Source: Psammoneis japonica
Lineage: Eukaryota
DNA: 64,000 bases
NCBI GenBank assembly: GCA_008632985.1
Contig: QPGO01000098.1
Location: 62,001-126,000 of the forward strand
Reading direction: 5' to 3'
Each line of letters begins with the position of its first letter. Position 1 is the first letter of the stretch. This document shows, piece after piece, positions 62,930 through 64,000 of this stretch. The notes under the pieces are model-generated. The model saw only the letters and a list, made by a program, of their open reading frames with translations. It was not told where the DNA came from and searched no databases. Both the position numbers and the translations under genes were made by a program.

Positions 62930-63871
62930 GGGCAGCCCATCATGAGGGCCAACTGTGTGATGTTGGCCACGGCATGAAACACATGGCAATGTGTTTCCTT
63001 TGCATGGCATCATCTTTTCTGAAGCATTCCAAAGTGCTTGGGCCATCCATTGACAGCCTCATGCCTTGCCCTTGCTGTTGTTTTCATGGCCTCGTCTGCA
63101 TTTCTTGGGCCGGATGGTGTCAAGCTGCACTGGCAGCCGTCGCTGTGGCCACCGTTGGCCAGACACATCTTGCCATCTTCAAGCTCTTCAATGATCCATT
63201 TGCGAGCAATGCTCAGATCCAGCAACCCAGCTGGGTGTGGTCCATTGACCCAAACAATCCACCCTGTTTGAGTGCATGCTCCAATTTCACACCGCAGCCC
63301 AGCACTGTGGAATTTGTGGGAGAACCCTGTTGGATCGAACGGCAATGGCTCACAGATTCTGAAATCAGCGCCATCGAGTGTCACCAAACAAGTGCTGCCG
63401 TTATCACCAATGAAGCGGTCTTCCCAGTGAATCTAAAAGAAGGTGTCAGCTCACTTGTTTCATGCACATGAGCTTGTCTGGAATGGCGCGCACCAAATCC
63501 AACTGTCCAACAAGTTGAATGCTGACCCAAACCCATTTTCTCAGCGTGTCTTCATGAATTTTGTTACAGATTCTGGCAACGACTGTCTCAGATTCATGCA
63601 ATTTGAGAAAGCAAAGGGTGCACAGCAGGTGAATGGGCAAAAATCCTGGTGGCATTTTTCCGTCGTCTTCCAGAAGCCCCCACAACTCAGATGCTGCTTC
63701 TTGTGGGGTGCAGAAGCATGATGTGAAGCGACAGTTCCACACTGCAGGTGAGCCTTTTTGCTTCTGAATGACAGTCTGTGCCAAGCACTCTGTGGCCTCT
63801 TTGGGTGGATGCATGATTGGTGGTTGCTGGTGCACACAGCCAATCAAGCACTGTTTTAGACTTTTTTCCAT
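62930..63871 (-). pseudogene. DDE transposase relic (PIF/Harbinger-ISL2EU, DDE_Tnp_4-like)
   Basis: HLLCTLCFLKLHE..TLRKWVW; TLDGADFRICEP..SHKF..GLRCEIG..GWIVWVNGP..ANGGH..RARHEAVNG. Confidence 0.8.
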
Positions 63872-64000
63872 TGGACCGTGTGTGCCACCTGCTGTTCCAG
63901 TTGTTTGTTGAGAGTTGTGCTTGTCATCTTGGGCGCAGTTTGGGTTCTCATTTGGAGAGGCCTTTCGTGAGATTCCGTCGTGTGTGACGAAAACACGAAA

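Noticed and set aside
1..64000. Alternative genetic code explaining Tyr-free, Cys/His-rich ORFs
   Set aside because: Intact genes in the same window use TAT/TAC and TAA normally, and the change affects all frames and non-coding repeats

Overview
Eukaryotic, transposon-dense window, probably from a diatom (inferred from the element families, not proven). It contains two divergent APE-RT-RNase H LINEs (Ambal-like), a full-length Ngaro/PAT-type tyrosine-recombinase retrotransposon with split direct repeats, a Copia-type gag relic, a Harbinger/ISL2EU-type DDE relic, a foldback MITE present twice, two paralogs of an AAA-ATPase/PD-(D/E)XK gene, an intact Crinkler-like nuclease gene and an ARM-repeat pseudogene. 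The main discovery is a mutational process rather than a gene. Repeat-rich DNA has had TpA dinucleotides converted to TpG or CpA (strand-symmetric A:T>G:C at TpA), the opposite direction to fungal RIP, on top of ordinary CpG>TpG/CpA decay. This is visible base by base between paralog pairs inside the window. It turns Tyr codons into Cys/His, including conserved and catalytic tyrosines, and removes TAA/TAG stops, which explains the many spurious ORFs. It fades at islands of normal composition around apparently intact genes. All comparisons were made by eye and no searches were run.
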